In this document: positions 11,784-26,821 of the stretch, one piece after another
Position numbering within the stretch: the first letter of the stretch is position 1
Layout: each line of letters opens with the position of its first letter
From: Eledone cirrhosa
Taxonomy: Eukaryota
Direction of reading: 5' to 3'
Length of the DNA: 64,000 nt
NCBI GenBank assembly: GCA_964016885.1
Contig: OZ024743.1
Span: 25,916,001-25,980,000, forward strand
Notes under the pieces: model-generated
Databases searched by the model: none
What the model was told of the DNA's origin: nothing
Seen by the model: only the letters and a program-made list of their open reading frames with translations
Made by a program: the position numbers and the translations under genes

Positions 11784-12577
11784 GATAGGTAGATAGATAG
11801 ATAGAAACAAAGCGAATAAGATACAAAGAAGGAAAAAATAAAAAGGAAAAATAGGAAAATGCAAAGAAAGAAGGAAATATGTAAAGAAAGAAGAAAAAAG
11901 CGTGATGCAAAAATAGAGAAAGAAAGAAAGACGGAAAGAACGTGATGCAAAAAGAGAGAAAGAAAAAAGGAAAATGATTGGTGGTGAGAAATAGGAAATG
12001 GGGAGGGGAAATCAATAAGAAAACAGAAGACAGATCGAAATGATATTGTTTATGGAGAAGGAAGTAACATAAGTTAGTTGAGTAAATCGAGTTGATAGAG
12101 ATCATAACATCGCCATCATCAACGCCATATACTGCTCTACCTATCGACCTGTCTATCTACTACGTTCCCTACTAAATATGGCCGTTTCTATTAGCCTTTT
12201 TTTACTGCCATTTGTTATTTCCTTAATCAAAATCGTTAACTACTGCTTCAGTTCTTTGTTGTTATTGCTGCTGCTGTTGTCGTCAGCTTGCTTAAAATAT
12301 CTCCTCTTACTTAAAATCACTTACCGTAATTGTAATGTAATCAAACTTAGCGGAAAGAGATAAATTACTAAAACAAGCACATAAACACACGACATACACA
12401 CACGCGCGCACGCGCGCGCGCACACACACACACACATACAGATATGCAAATAGAAACCTACATACATACACACAGAAACACTCACTCACACAAATATAGA
12501 TACATACATACAAATATATATATATATGTGTATACATATATATGTGTGTGTGTGTGTGTGTGTATGTATATATATAT

Positions 12578-12664
12578 ATACTCATTCGTTCAGCGCATCG
12601 GTAGGGGTTCTCCTACATGGATATAAAGCAGTGGCCGTACTCGAAAACGAGTTGGCAGCCACCA
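12578..12664. repeat. Short (TA)n-associated interspersed element; second copy at 40214-40275
   Basis: ttcagcgcatcggtaggggttctcctac...actcgaaaacgagttggcagccacc is nearly identical at both loci. Confidence 0.8.
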
Positions 12665-12675
12665 TATATATATGT

Positions 12676-12719
<44 letters not shown>

Positions 12720-13086
12720 CAAATCAAATCAAATAAATGAAACGAAAATTAAAAAACACTCCAAAACAAAGCGACAACGAATGAAAAAAATTATAAACGC
12801 ACAAGGTAAACAGGAATTGAATATTCTAAAGCTAAAAGTATTGGCTGTTCGCCCGACGTTTTGTTGCCGATAAATGCCATAAGGGGAGATAAGTGTGTGT
12901 GGCGGAGGTGGAATATGGTCAATAACGCCACTTATAAGAGTTTATACGAATTATATGGCTTATGAATCATATGGAGGTTTATAAGTCGTCTGTTGCTTTA
13001 AACCTATGATATTCTGTTATAATTGGAAGGGAAATAATGGACGGAAAATTCAGTTAGGTTGTCTAAGTTGTAGGCATGCATGCGTT

Positions 13087-13158
<72 letters not shown>

Positions 13159-13875
13159 TGGTGTCCAGGTAATATATCGATAGATATTCGTACTTAGTGG
13201 CTATGTAAGGACAACACATATTCTGTCTCTCTGTTTTTTACCCTGATTATATTGTTATGCAGTTTTCTATGATATGCATAGTGTATAAGCGTTCTGAGAT
13301 CTTGGATTTTTAACCTCAATTCTCTCATTGAGCTATCATAGAGCCACCTGATCGTTATATTATATATCGATCACTTTTTTTTATATTTATGCTCCTTACT
13401 TGGTAGAGTAATTTTTGTGAGGATGCGAGCCATTTCTAGCGTTACTACTTACCACTTTCATTCTATCGAATGTTAAAATTTTCGTTTTACTCTACATGTA
13501 GCCCGAGCAATAACTGGCCTCTCGTTATTTTTGTGTTTATCTGATATTTTTCTAGAATTACTTGGTGCCTAGTAATGATTGCTTGTTCTTGGCTTCATCA
13601 TTTACCGATGTTAATCAACGGGGAATGATGACGATTTTTGGTGGATTGAAATTGTACCATAAAGGACGTATAAAAATTTAGTGAATATGTAAGTATAACA
13701 CTTACTCTGTCTCTCTGTAGCCTGATTCTATTGTTCTTTGCAAAATATTAGATGTGCCGTTTCCTATGCATATAAACATATTGAACCTATTGTTGTACCG
13801 GTGGGCCAACTTGTTCAACCTGTGTCGATGGAAATGAACCGGAAATATATATTTCCTACATATATATGAGCACTC

Positions 13876-13912
<37 letters not shown>

Positions 13913-15107
13913 TAAAAATTATTATATACTGTCTGTTTATTTTGGGGGATATCGTATCTGCAAAGAGAGTGATATTATTAGCACAATCCGTGCTTTTTAT
14001 TATGCGGGTGAATGATGAGAACTCAATAAGTCCTTCTAATTTCTATGGGGTCTTTCGTATATATTGAAACGACTGTAGAAGTCCACCTAGCAAAAGCATG
14101 AGATATTCTCGGTTACTTTAATGTCCTCTGGGGGGTCATCACTCTCAGATGATCTTAAGAAAAGTTTTTTCTGTCCCTGTTAAACTCTAACAGAATACTA
14201 AAAAGACTTACACCCACATTTGACGGGCCATTTTGAATAATTCATTGAATGAGTATCCAATCAAACAAAGACTATGCGGCAAACCTTTTTTTTTTTCTTT
14301 TTTTTCATCATTGATGTAATCAGAAGTAAAGACAAACTTTATGGGACATTCCTAGAAGTTTAAGCAAAGATTGATTCGGGATCTACTCCTATGGACACCA
14401 TAGCATAGATATACATGTGTCGGCTGTCCAGCAAAATGTTTCATTGATCAGTTCTGTACCAGCATGAAATGCTGCTCAGATGATTTCCTGAAAGCTATGG
14501 AGAATCAAATGTGAATAAGTTCAACCAGATGATGATGTGGATGAGGCAGTTTAATGGTGTACATGCATTATCATTATGTACATGCATTATCATGGAGCTG
14601 GTTGATAAATTTTTCTGTAGGGAAGGTCATAAATGGGTTAGCTGTATATCGAATCCTTCTTCTTTGCAAATATCCTTGGTGACAGCATTAAATTCAATGA
14701 TATATAGACAAGTTTGTAGGTAGGGTGAGTCCTAGTAATAATATTACTCCCAGTGAATGAGTATTAGTAATGGAAAGAAAATGATAAAAGCGACATCGAA
14801 CGAAAGAAAGTAAATGAATGCAGAAGAGTGTTGTTTTGGTTTTGGGGGTTACAATATGTGTTGTAGTAGAATGGTTGAAAGAAGGAAAGAAAAATTGAAA
14901 GCATTATCTATAGAGAAAGGAAAGAAAAATATGAACGAAAGAAAACTCTACCAGTATCTAAAGATAAAGGAAAAGCAAAGCAAGCAATGCAAACATTAAT
15001 TTAAATGGCATCAGTTTCTCAGTGCAAGATATTGCATTTACTGCGGGTGTCTATGCGGTTAGTTTAACGTAGTTTATACAAAATATTTGAGGATATATAT
15101 ATACAAA

Positions 15108-15300
15108 TATAATTGTTTCTACTTTTGGCACAAGGCCAGCAATTACCCAGTGCATTACTGGTACTTTATTTCATCGACCCCATGAGGATGAAAGGCAAAG
15201 TTAACCTTGGCGGGCTTTGAACTCAGAATGGCAAGGGACGTAACTCTATGCGTCAAAGCATGGCGTCCGACCCTCTACCGATGCCGACTGGAGCGGTGAA
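15108..15300 (-). mobile_element. tRNA-derived SINE, abundant family with Nin/Deu-like central domain
   Basis: Shared core ctgagttcaaa..gaggttaactttgcctttcatcct..gggtcgataaaataaagtaccag..gctggccttgtgcc. Confidence 0.8.
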
Positions 15301-15517
15301 TGGGGCAGTTAAATTAAGAGGACGTGTTCTTATAGGTTTGTGCATGTGTAAGAGAATATAGGCTTGTACAATGAGCAGGAGTGTCTGTGATTTTGTGTGT
15401 GTGTTTGTGTATTTGCATGTGTGTTTATGTGTGGTTGGGTGTGATTAAGTGATGTTCGACATAACAGAGTCAAATCGTAGAAAACGATCCGTATGAGAGA
15501 CATAGGAATACAATTTG

Positions 15518-15577
15518 GGAAGAAGAAGAAGAAGAAGAAGAAGAAGAAGAAGAAGAAGAAGAAGAAGAAGAAGAAGA

Positions 15578-15608
<31 letters not shown>

Positions 15609-15700
15609 GGAGGAGGAGAAGAAGAAGAAGAAGAAGAAGAAGACGAAGAAGAAGAAGAAGAAGAAGAAGAAGAAGAAGAAGAAGAAGAAGAAGAAGAAGA
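15518..15700. repeat. (AAG)n/(GAG)n microsatellite
   Basis: Seen directly. Confidence 0.97.
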
Positions 15701-16027
15701 TAAATCAATAACTGCATAAACAAGTAAATAAATGCTAGAGATGTTTATGATGTCTTTGCAGGATATTAAAAGAGCTGATTTTGTCTTTAAGTCTGTTTAT
15801 ATGTGTTAATAGCTGATTCAGTTTATTTTGTTTTATTCATTCCCTTTCCGCCTCTGCACCAATTCAAACTATAATAAAACATCGTCATAATATTGCATTG
15901 AATTCTGGGTATTGGTTTGATCAATTGGCCAGCGCTGAGGCAGCAGCGTCTGTCGGAAGTCGATCTTTCAGCAGAAATCGTGGTCATTAAGAGCAAACTA
16001 ACGAAAAACAAATATTTAATAATAATA

Positions 16028-16520
16028 ATAATTGTTTCTACTTTTGGCACAAGGCCAGCAATTATCCCAATACATTACTAGTACTTTATTTTATCGACCC
16101 CAATAATAATGCCAGCAATTTTGAGGGAGGAGAAAGTCGATGAAATTGACCCCAGTTCGTGACTGGTACTTTATTTTATCGACCCCCGTAAGGTTGGAAG
16201 GCAAAGTTAACCTCGGCGGAATTTGAACTCAGATTATAAAGGGCCGTAGCTCTATGCTGCAAAGCATGGTGTCCGACCCTCTACCGATACTGCCAATCCA
16301 CCGCCCTTAAATTATTTCTAGTATAGGCACAAGGCCAGTAATTTGGGGGAAGGGAAAAGTTTAAATCGACCCCAGTGCGTGACTGGTACTTTATTTTATC
16401 AACCCCGTAAGGATGAAAAGCAAAGCTATCCTCAGCGGGATTTGAACTCAGAGCGGAAAGTGTTGTTACTCTATGCTGCAAAGCAAGGTACCTGACGCTC
16501 TACTGATATTGCCAATCCAT
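16028..16520 (-). mobile_element. Cluster of 2-3 adjacent/nested SINE copies (same family as 15108)
   Basis: ctggtactttattttatcgaccc..ggcaaagttaacctcggcgg..tttgaactcag is repeated. Confidence 0.8.
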
Positions 16521-16689
16521 TGATTTCTTTATTCACCATAAGGGTTAACATTAGGAAAACATTATGACGGCATAGGACGAAAACATAGAGTGTGTGCATG
16601 TGTTTTTGTGTTGCTGTGTGGAATTTCCGTATAAACAAATTTAACAATAATAAAAGAAAAAGGTAACAATTAAAAAAGATTGTGACCAC

Positions 16690-17360
16690 TCAGACCCATT
16701 GAATGGCTTTCATCTCCTCGTGTCTAAGAGCATCCACTTTAGCTCTAACCACGCAGCATTTGTACTTAGCATTGAAGAATTGGTCCAGCGCCAATCTGCC
16801 CGTGAGCACGTTGGCTACGATGCCTTTGCTGATTGCCGCTTCTAGTTTTTTTAACTAGCTGTCCCTCTACTCTAGTTTTTTTTTTTATTCTATTGCTACG
16901 GCTTTACTAAACCTTATTAGCATCTGCCGCTGTACATTGCAGCAATCCAGCCTCTGAAGACGGGATCGAAGCCGGCTGGTTTATGGACAGCCTCCATATA
17001 TCGTTGGTTGCCCCTATCGAAATAGATTGATCCACATTGATCCGAGCTGCACTAAAGCCATAATTACTTCCTACCCTCTCTATGACGTCTCGCATGAGAT
17101 GAAGGTTGTCGTGCATAGTCCTGGTCGGGATTTCCCTACCAGGCTCTCGACGACAAGCGCCAACCTTGTTGATAGCACCTTGGCTAAAATCAGAGTTATA
17201 GGCCTGAAATTATTTAACATCTCCGTCTTGTTCTCATTTTTCCTCACCAGCGTTATTACAACCCGACTCACAGAACTGGGAATTTTCCCGTTCTGCTACC
17301 AGTTTCAGTAGACGGCTTCGAGGAGATCGGAAAACAAATTTGGCATATCTTGTAACCCTT
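16690..17360 (-). pseudogene. Decayed Tx1 ORF2 fragment (RT region)
   Basis: VITLVRKNENK..NNFRPITL..LAKVLSTRLALVV; MHDNLHLMRDVIERVG. Confidence 0.85.
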
Positions 17361-17369
17361 TTAAAGATA

Positions 17370-18083
17370 GTACATAAACACAGTGCCGATTCATTCTATG
17401 GCCTTCTATGGAGCGGATGAGGAGGGACATTTCCACTGTAGCATTGTCTCTTTTTCACCGGCTCAAAGTCATGAACACAACACACATCCTGGGTTAGAAA
17501 ACGTCCAAGAAACCTGCTGGATCTGCCGCAAATAATATCAGATTTTCCCGTTATGTCATCAGCCTGGGGCGCTTTTAATCAGATGTGAGAAGATGTGAGA
17601 CTCACCGAGCAGAAACCTTCCTCGGGCCCAGTTCATTGTGAAACATATGAGATATGCTAATAGCATTGGCTGTTTGATTTATAGTCAATTGCCTGTCATC
17701 CATCACCATGTGGTTAACATGATCAATGTTTTCTTCGGTGGTAGCAGTTGCAGAACGTCCAGACCTTGGGTCATCTTCAAGAATCTCCCTTACCCTCCTA
17801 ATTTCAGCTGCCCACTTTTGCACTGTTGATAAAGCTAGAACGTCATCCCCTAATGTAGCAACCATGTCAGCATGAATGTCCTTATGGACTAAACCATTTT
17901 GCTGCAATTACTTGATAATACCACAATGCAAAGTTTTGTCTATTTTCAAGAGAATTCGTTACTAGTTACTTTGGAGAATTCGTTATTAATATGAACTTTG
18001 AACCTGCTAATGCAGGCTAGATTTCAAAGCTCTAACATCACTCCTTCATAGCCAACCTATGAACTTTTCAGCCCACCCTCGTA
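17370..18083 (-). mobile_element. Mariner DNA transposon, 5' part (TIR, HTH and start of catalytic domain), degenerate
   Basis: IHADMVATLGDDVLALSTVQKWAAE..LEDDPRSGR; HDFEPVKKRQ downstream; end reads TACGAGGGTGGGCTGAAAAGTT on the minus strand. Confidence 0.85.
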
Positions 18084-19195
18084 TATGTGCTTGTGTGTTT
18101 GTATGTGACTTTTTTTGTTTTCAGTTGTTTTGGGGTAAGTGTGCATATGTACATCTCTTTTTCTCTTTCTAACTTTCTCCATTTCTCTCCCCTCTCTCTC
18201 CCTATCCATCTCCCTCTCTGCGTGTGCTTCTTCATTTTCTTAATCAAATATTGGTTAAATTAGTTTATACAAACATAGGTATATTCGCAGTACAATAACA
18301 ACAACAACAGCAATGAGGAAACAGAAATGAAGCTAATCTTCCTTCCACCAACCCATGAATATCATCGCTAAAAGAAAAACACACCAACGACTATAACAAA
18401 AATAAGAGGTACATGTATAATAAGCTTCCAAGTCAATTCTTTCTATTTAGCCAAAAGAACGGAACCAATATTTCTGTAAAAAAAATTATTATTTACTATT
18501 TCAATAAGAAATAAACGGTGAAACTGGAGTTTGCAGATTGTTTATTTATTACTTACAAGTGGAACGCATGCGAGATGGTCAATTGGAAAAGACATAGGCT
18601 GTAGTAGGAATTGTCATGTGGATACAAAAGTCTGATACCATATTAGTTAACAGTGTTTATGTAGTGTTTTTTTGGTTTGGTTTTTGTTTCTTGTTTTTTT
18701 GTTTGTTTGTTTTTTGTATTTTGTTACTTTTCGTTTTATTGTATATTTGAGTGAATGTTATTTTTTTTTATTTTTACTTTCTTTTTCCGTTCATGATTTT
18801 ATACTTTTATAAAAACAAAAAAAAAAGCAACAACAAAAAAACAGAAAGGAATATCTTCGTGACAAACTTCACCTTACTCAAGGTAAACTTCCGGTGAGTC
18901 GAGTCCGTAACCCCAATATTGATTTTTCCTCTAAGTTATAGATATTTCAGTTCCCTTGCATTTGTTTCCCTTACTAATACCCTTTCCACATACCCCTTTC
19001 TCCACAAAAACCCAAGAGTAAGCAAACACTAAACAATCATACAAACGATTTCTCAATCTCTTTCATAAAACTTTGACTTGTGCCTCAGCAAAATTGCAAA
19101 CTGACTTAATCCCGGCTGGAATTGTATCGCTTACGACGTTAATGCTCTTCATAAAAATATGATCCTTACGTTTATTTCAACATATATGCATGTGC

Positions 19196-19244
<49 letters not shown>

Positions 19245-19290
19245 GTAACCTACAGTAACTTGACGTTACTATCCCTAAACTCTCTCTCGC

Positions 19291-19355
<65 letters not shown>

Positions 19356-19392
19356 GTGTGTGTGTGTGTGTCTGTTGGTGTGTGTGTGTGTG

Positions 19393-19585
19393 TAAGAATG
19401 AAAACAGCACGGAAGTGTATTTAAAGAATCATTTTTTTATGTTTTCCAAAACCACCACCACCACTACTATAGTATTGGGGGTGGTTTTCAATCGTGGGGA
19501 GATGTTTTGGAGGAGCGATTGTTTTTGGAAATTATAAGAAAAAAAGATTCTTTAAATATACTTCCGTGCTGTTTCCATTCTTACT
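19393..19585. repeat. Imperfect palindrome between TA/TG microsatellites
   Basis: gtaagaatgaaaacagcacggaagtgtatttaaagaatc versus gattctttaaatatacttccgtgctgtttccattcttac. Confidence 0.8.
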
Positions 19586-19658
19586 TTTATTCTATACCCT
19601 TTGATTTGTATAGAACTTTACCTCCTTTTCAACTAATTATATATATATACACACACAC

Positions 19659-19747
<89 letters not shown>

Positions 19748-19753
<6 letters not shown>

Positions 19754-22700
19754 TAACAGATTAAAGTTTAAGCAAAGAATCGCTGCTTTCACCCTTAACG
19801 GGATCTTCTGAAACTAACAAAGTCAATCTGTGAATGCAGAAGTGAATATTTCAAAAAACGTTGCAACCGGAGGAAGACAGGAAGACAGGAAGACAGGAAG
19901 ACAGAAAAACGATACTTTGGTTCGTGGAAACGTTCCCTGGCAAAGAACGGGAAAAAACGAATATAATTCGTCATTATTTGGAGCGGTGAAAAACAATTAC
20001 ACGCAAAGACAAAACCACGTTAATGGTATAAAAGAAGTCGTAGACAAATATTCTATTAGGTGGTTCATAGAGACGTTCTCAGGCAATGAACGGAAAAAAC
20101 GAAGATAATACGTCATATGTGCAGCGAGGAGAACAATTGCACGCAAAGACAAAACCACGTAAATGGTATAACTGAAGTCGTAGACTAAAATTCTAACTAG
20201 GAAACCGAATGATTCTCGGCTTCAGAGTTAAGAATAAAGTAAATAGAATACAGAGGTAATTGAAATAAATACATACACCCATCCAAGACGTACATACACA
20301 AGCATACGCGAAAACACTCGCCATAGGTATACAAATACACGCACGTACACAAAAAAAAAATCCACATGCACATACAGAACCCACTCAACGCCTGTACCCG
20401 CACGCATACGAATGTATAGACCAAATACACACAAAAATATATATAAAAATATATATATTAATACATATATATGTGTGTGCGCGCGTGTATACATATAATT
20501 AAATAAACAAATAAATAAATACGTATATAACAAGCGCACACACATACCTACATGCAAATACACATATGTCGGAGACGTACGTCAACCAAAACACGAAATA
20601 CACATATACACACACCCTACATACGTACGAACCCGCATACTCACACAGACGCAAAACTCACGTATACACATAACCACAAGCATATGTACCACAATATATA
20701 ATATATACGCCATAACACATACAATCAAATATACGTACGAGGAAGTATTACGTACCTTCATAAAACATACAGGTAATATATACTTACCTATACAAATAAG
20801 TAATGGTATAAACAAAACATATATTTAGCTACCACATCAAGACGTAAAATATCCGCGTATAGTTCGTACTATCCGTTAGGGTATAATGTGGGGCTGTAAT
20901 ACAGGAACGTTTTGTGCAATTTATGTTTTTAAGCTGAAATTGCTTCAGATTTTTTGTTTAAGATGTGGTCTTTGGCGTAGAGTATTTCCAGAGCCTCAGC
21001 GGCGCAGAGGTCACATGGTCTTTTATTTCCGTTATACAATCTAGCCCTAGCAAGGATCTCCCAGTGTAACTTATATTGGGTATGGTTATCTTTTAGACTC
21101 CAGATATAAGCTGAAAGGGACGTCATATTCCTTCTTAAAGGGTAACGAAAAGAATGGGTAGGCATGTAAAGACGCTGCTTGAATCTATTGGCGGTTAACC
21201 CTATGTAGGCCCTACGGGACGTGGGTGTTTTAACCTTACATTTGTAGACAATGTTACTAGAGAGGCATTTCCCGGATAGGGGGCAGTCAACCCGATTCCT
21301 ACAATTACAGTTAGTACTAACTACAGGGTTGCACGTGTTCCTACGGCTAGGTAGTTTAGCTAAATTTGAAGCTGTGATGTTATGTGCAAGGTTAGGAGTC
21401 GTAGAGTAAGAAATTTTAATAGTATTTCTATTAAAAATTTTACTATATTTATGTGTAGGGGGAAAATGCACCATAATAAGGGAGAGAAAGATCTTAGCTA
21501 ATGGTATGGCCACCTCCATATTATATGGTGGGTTATACCATATAATGCGTCGGGATCTATTTCTTCTAGGTCTATTCTCGTACTCTCTAAATGATACCTT
21601 ATCGACAAATCCACTCCGAGCAAGAGCTTCATTGTAATATGTGGAATGGTCGTTGAAAATATGCTCGTTAATAGATAGACGGGAAAGCCTCAAAGAAACG
21701 TTTCTTACCAGGTTCTTGGTTATGCTGGCAGGATGGTTAGAAAGCTTACTTATGTAATTAAGCGGATCATTCGGCTTTCTATACGGGTAATGAAAGCCAT
21801 TCGATAAATTGATGGTAACGTCGATGTAATTAACGACAGAGAGGTTGGCCTCAACTTGTATGGAGAAGTTGAAGACTTTAAAGAAGGCTGTGAGTTCTTT
21901 TCTGAACCTGTCGCAAGCACGTGGGCCGCACTTAGTCATGGTCAAAAGACCATGATCACGGTACAAACCACCGCCCACGTTGGGGAATTCTTCCTTGATA
22001 GAGAAAAGAAGGAAAAGGCTGATAAGATCAGTAACCTCCGCAAAATCACTGGTGCCCATACTCACGTGGAATAGGGTACTATTGGATTTTTTAATCCAAA
22101 TAGAGTCGTCGAAATTAATCACCGACTTACGGGCATTGAGAATGACATCAACTTCGAAATCCTTAACCACTGTGAGTGTTTTAGCGAAATTGATAGCTCT
22201 AAAGAGAAGTGGTAAAGTGATGGAGGAGTAGTAATTATTGATGTCGAATTGGATAAAACGGCAATGTTCCTTGTTACATATGCCGTTGAACCAATCAATC
22301 ACCACGAAAGAATTGTTCCACAGTGCAAGAGGGGCCAAACTTCTAATTTCAGGTATAATTCTATCAAGAATCCTTTTACTAAGTCTAGCTAAATCGGACT
22401 TTGTAGGGTTAATAAGCCGAATAGAAGGGTTGTTCGGAAAAATGGATTTGTGATCTTTCAGGGTAAAGTGGGGAGAAATATGGTCCAGAGTTCAGTCCGG
22501 TCCAGGATGTTGAGATCAGAGGTGATTTTAAACCCAGCATCGTTGATTTTATAAATGATGCTCCGATTAGTTTTACGGTAATCCTTAGTTACAGCATTAT
22601 GTAGCAGTTGATGGTAAGTACTGCGCTCCACTTGATATAGATTCCAGTTTTGTCGGAATGGACGTGCACGGCATTAGAATCCTTAATAGAACGAATTCTA

Positions 22701-23430
22701 TTCTTCAGGTCCTGCTGGAAAGAATTGCTCCTATTCCGAAATTTGATACTCCGTATGAGTTCCGAGACATCATTTTCGAAGGGTAGCAATGCTGGGTTAC
22801 TCAGAGGGTTATTATAGGTTTTAAATCCAAATTTATCCTGTTTGTTGTCTGCTTTTCCCTGATTATCGAAATAAAAGGCTCGCCAACGCAACCTTTTAAT
22901 GAACGCGTCTGTTTTCTGTATCAGGAGTTTTAGGTATGTTTTCCTGCTTGGTACGGGTATGTTCTTTGCAGAAATATTCAGATGTTTCTGCATGATGAAT
23001 ATAAGTCAATAGAGTGCTCAACCGAGGGACCCATGCGTGCAATTGTTCTCCCCGCTCCACATATGACGTATTATCTTCGTTTTTTCCGTTCATTGCCTGA
23101 GAACGTCTCTATGAACCACCTAATAGAATATTTGTCTACGACTTCTTTTATACCAAAAACGTGGTTTTGTCTTTGCGCGTAATTGTTTTTCACCGCTCCA
23201 AATATTGACGTTTTATATTCGTTTTTCCCGTTCTTTGCCAGGGAACGTTTCCACGAACCAAAATATTGTCTTCCTGTCTTCCTCCGGTTGCAACGTTTTT
23301 TGAAATATTTACTTCTGCGTTCACAGATTGACTTTGTTAGTTTCAGAAGATCCCGTTAAGGGTGAAAGCAGCGATTCTTTGCTTAAACTTTAATCTGTTA
23401 TTTTAATAAATATTTGCTCTACGGTTCATA
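19748..23430 (-). mobile_element. Penelope-like retroelement, Naiad type, in (TA)n; 3' pLTR (19748-20195) and inverted pLTR copy at the 5' side (23036-23430)
   Basis: RT + GIY-YIG ORF; the two terminal segments are reverse complements; both ends abut (TA)n. Confidence 0.9.
20869..22993 (-). pseudogene. Naiad/Penelope RT-GIY-YIG ORF, frameshifted, with catalytic YRDD changed to YRDH
   Basis: KNIPVPS..FIKRLRWRAF; TLKDHK..RLINPTKS; QFDINNYYSSI; GLYRDHGL; IIWYNPPY; CNCRNRVDCPLSGKCL; IVYKC..YIGLT..FKQR; CDLC. Confidence 0.9.
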
Positions 23431-23493
23431 TATATATATATTTATCCTTATCCAAAGAGGGCTCGATAAGGATAAATATATATCAAATATATA

Positions 23494-24555
<1,062 letters not shown>

Positions 24556-24574
24556 ATATTTGATATATATATAT

Positions 24575-24795
24575 TGTGAAAGCGTGTGGCTGAGTGGTTA
24601 GAGAATTTGATTCGCAATCGTGAGTTTGTGAGTTCGATTCCCAGACCAGGCGATGTGTTATGTCCTTGAGCAACACATTTTATTTCACGTTGCTCCTTCT
24701 ACCTGGAGTTGCGACCGATAGATACTATTAGCAATTGGAAAGACCAATGGCAACATTGTTTCCTCGGTTCGATTTGACGAAAGTCGATCGTTCAA
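24575..24795 (+). mobile_element. tRNA-derived SINE with CORE-like domain (second SINE family)
   Basis: A box gtggctgagtggtt, B box gagttcgattccc, then tgtccttgagcaacaca. Confidence 0.75.
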
Positions 24796-26569
24796 AAAAA
24801 TAAATATATATATATATATCAAAGGTAGAAATATATTAATAATTCTCAAAGCTGAGTAGAGAATTAAAAAAATTAAAACTATAGTATCTAATTGCAAGAT
24901 TTTAAGAGAAAGGAATAGCTCAATGTATTTATATAATGTTTAAAGGTTTGAAGAAGTGATATTAGCGTGGAAGAGTGGTTATATATATATAAATGCGAAC
25001 AAATATAGACAAAGGTATTAATGGAAAATTTTTCTTTCATCAGAAAAAGTATTTATTCTTTTACAATCGTTTCGAATGCGATATGACCTTGAATTATTCA
25101 AATTATTGGTAAACAATTCATTTCATATAGCCATGACAATGTATAGATATATGTATATGTCTATAAGGTTATACATTCACTCTCCTCTGAGAGAAAAAGA
25201 TAGTCATTGGTGAAATTTTATCACTGAATAATTTCGATTACCTTTAGCTTAGAATATGTTTGTTAATCCTGCATCTTAAGTACAGAGTTTATTTCGATAG
25301 AATAAATCTTTTTTCAGGTTTTGTATTTTGCACGCTTGTCATATGTTGACATGTTCACATTTTGGTTTTAGAAGGAGGAGACTGAATTTATGACCTCATG
25401 GGCATATATCTATAGATTGACATGACTATATCAACAGAATTATTTACCAACACTTCTGTATATATGTATGTATGTATGTTTTCTTTATCACCTGGGAGTG
25501 AAAGGCCCCCAGTTGTTGTCACAACACCTTTCTAGGAGAGTGAAAAACCCTGCGGCTTCAGAAGCATCCGATGATGTTGACCAGTTCTCCTTTTCGGGTA
25601 GTGTTTTCGATCCTCAGAGAGTGGGATTGGTCGAGTGTAAGGCCTTTCCACACTTAAAAAACATTCAAAGCACAGACATTACTTGTTCAGGATGTTACAG
25701 GTGTGTGTGACTGGCCGTAGCCTAAAAGTGCACCAAACTCTATAATCCTCTAAGCAACTGCAGTACTCTCAGCAGAGTTTGCAGCCATCATGTATGTATG
25801 TAGGTAAGAATGTATGCATGCATGTGACGCTGCTTGGCCAAAGTTCGCCTTGATATCATCAGTTATCGGATTCGATCCTACAACTTGACATCTGATGCAA
25901 GTGTCTCTTACCATTGCCTTGGATCAATCCCATCCTTGTGTGGCATTATGGACAGATGGTAACTCTGCGTAAGCCTGTCAGATAAATTGTACCAGTAATT
26001 TAAACGTGCATTCTTCTCACTTATTTTGTCACGTTGACTCTGCCTGAAGATTATATTAAGGATATATGTGTTTGTGGAATACTCAACCATTTAAACGCTA
26101 ATTGAATGACCAGGTAGACCACGGCAGATCGAACAACCGAATACTCATCGTAGAAACCGACTGAAATTAATGTTCTTTATGTATAAAATATACCTACGTC
26201 GACTCAAAATTTGTTGAACACTAATTTGTTTCCTAAAGCGAGAAACGAAATTACTTTTTGTGGAATTAGTAATAAGATATATTAGATAAATTATGAATGA
26301 GATAAATTTGATATGTAAATAGGTCTATTTCTAGAAAAATATATTCAGTAGATGTAAATTAAATTAGTTGCGACCGCTTTTGCTTGGCAGCGAAGGACTT
26401 ATGTCACCTGTCTTGGTACGATTCTATACATCTGCTTGTGTATATGTGTGGTCCTATGTGTTGCTGTGTGTGTATGTATACATCCATATATATGCTGCAT
26501 GTTATAACCCAATAGGTTTAAGTATTTTTATTTTATTTTATACACACACATAAAGACGTAAATGCATAA

Positions 26570-26633
<64 letters not shown>

Positions 26634-26712
26634 TGATAGGTTGGATCTAACAGTCGAAACGGCCGGAGCTCTGGCATCGGGGTCCTGACTCTTTTCATAT
26701 ATATATATATGT

Positions 26713-26820
<108 letters not shown>

Positions 26821-26821
26821 G

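Noticed and set aside
24585-24650. tRNA gene
   Set aside because: A and B boxes are present but run into a SINE body; no complete cloverleaf
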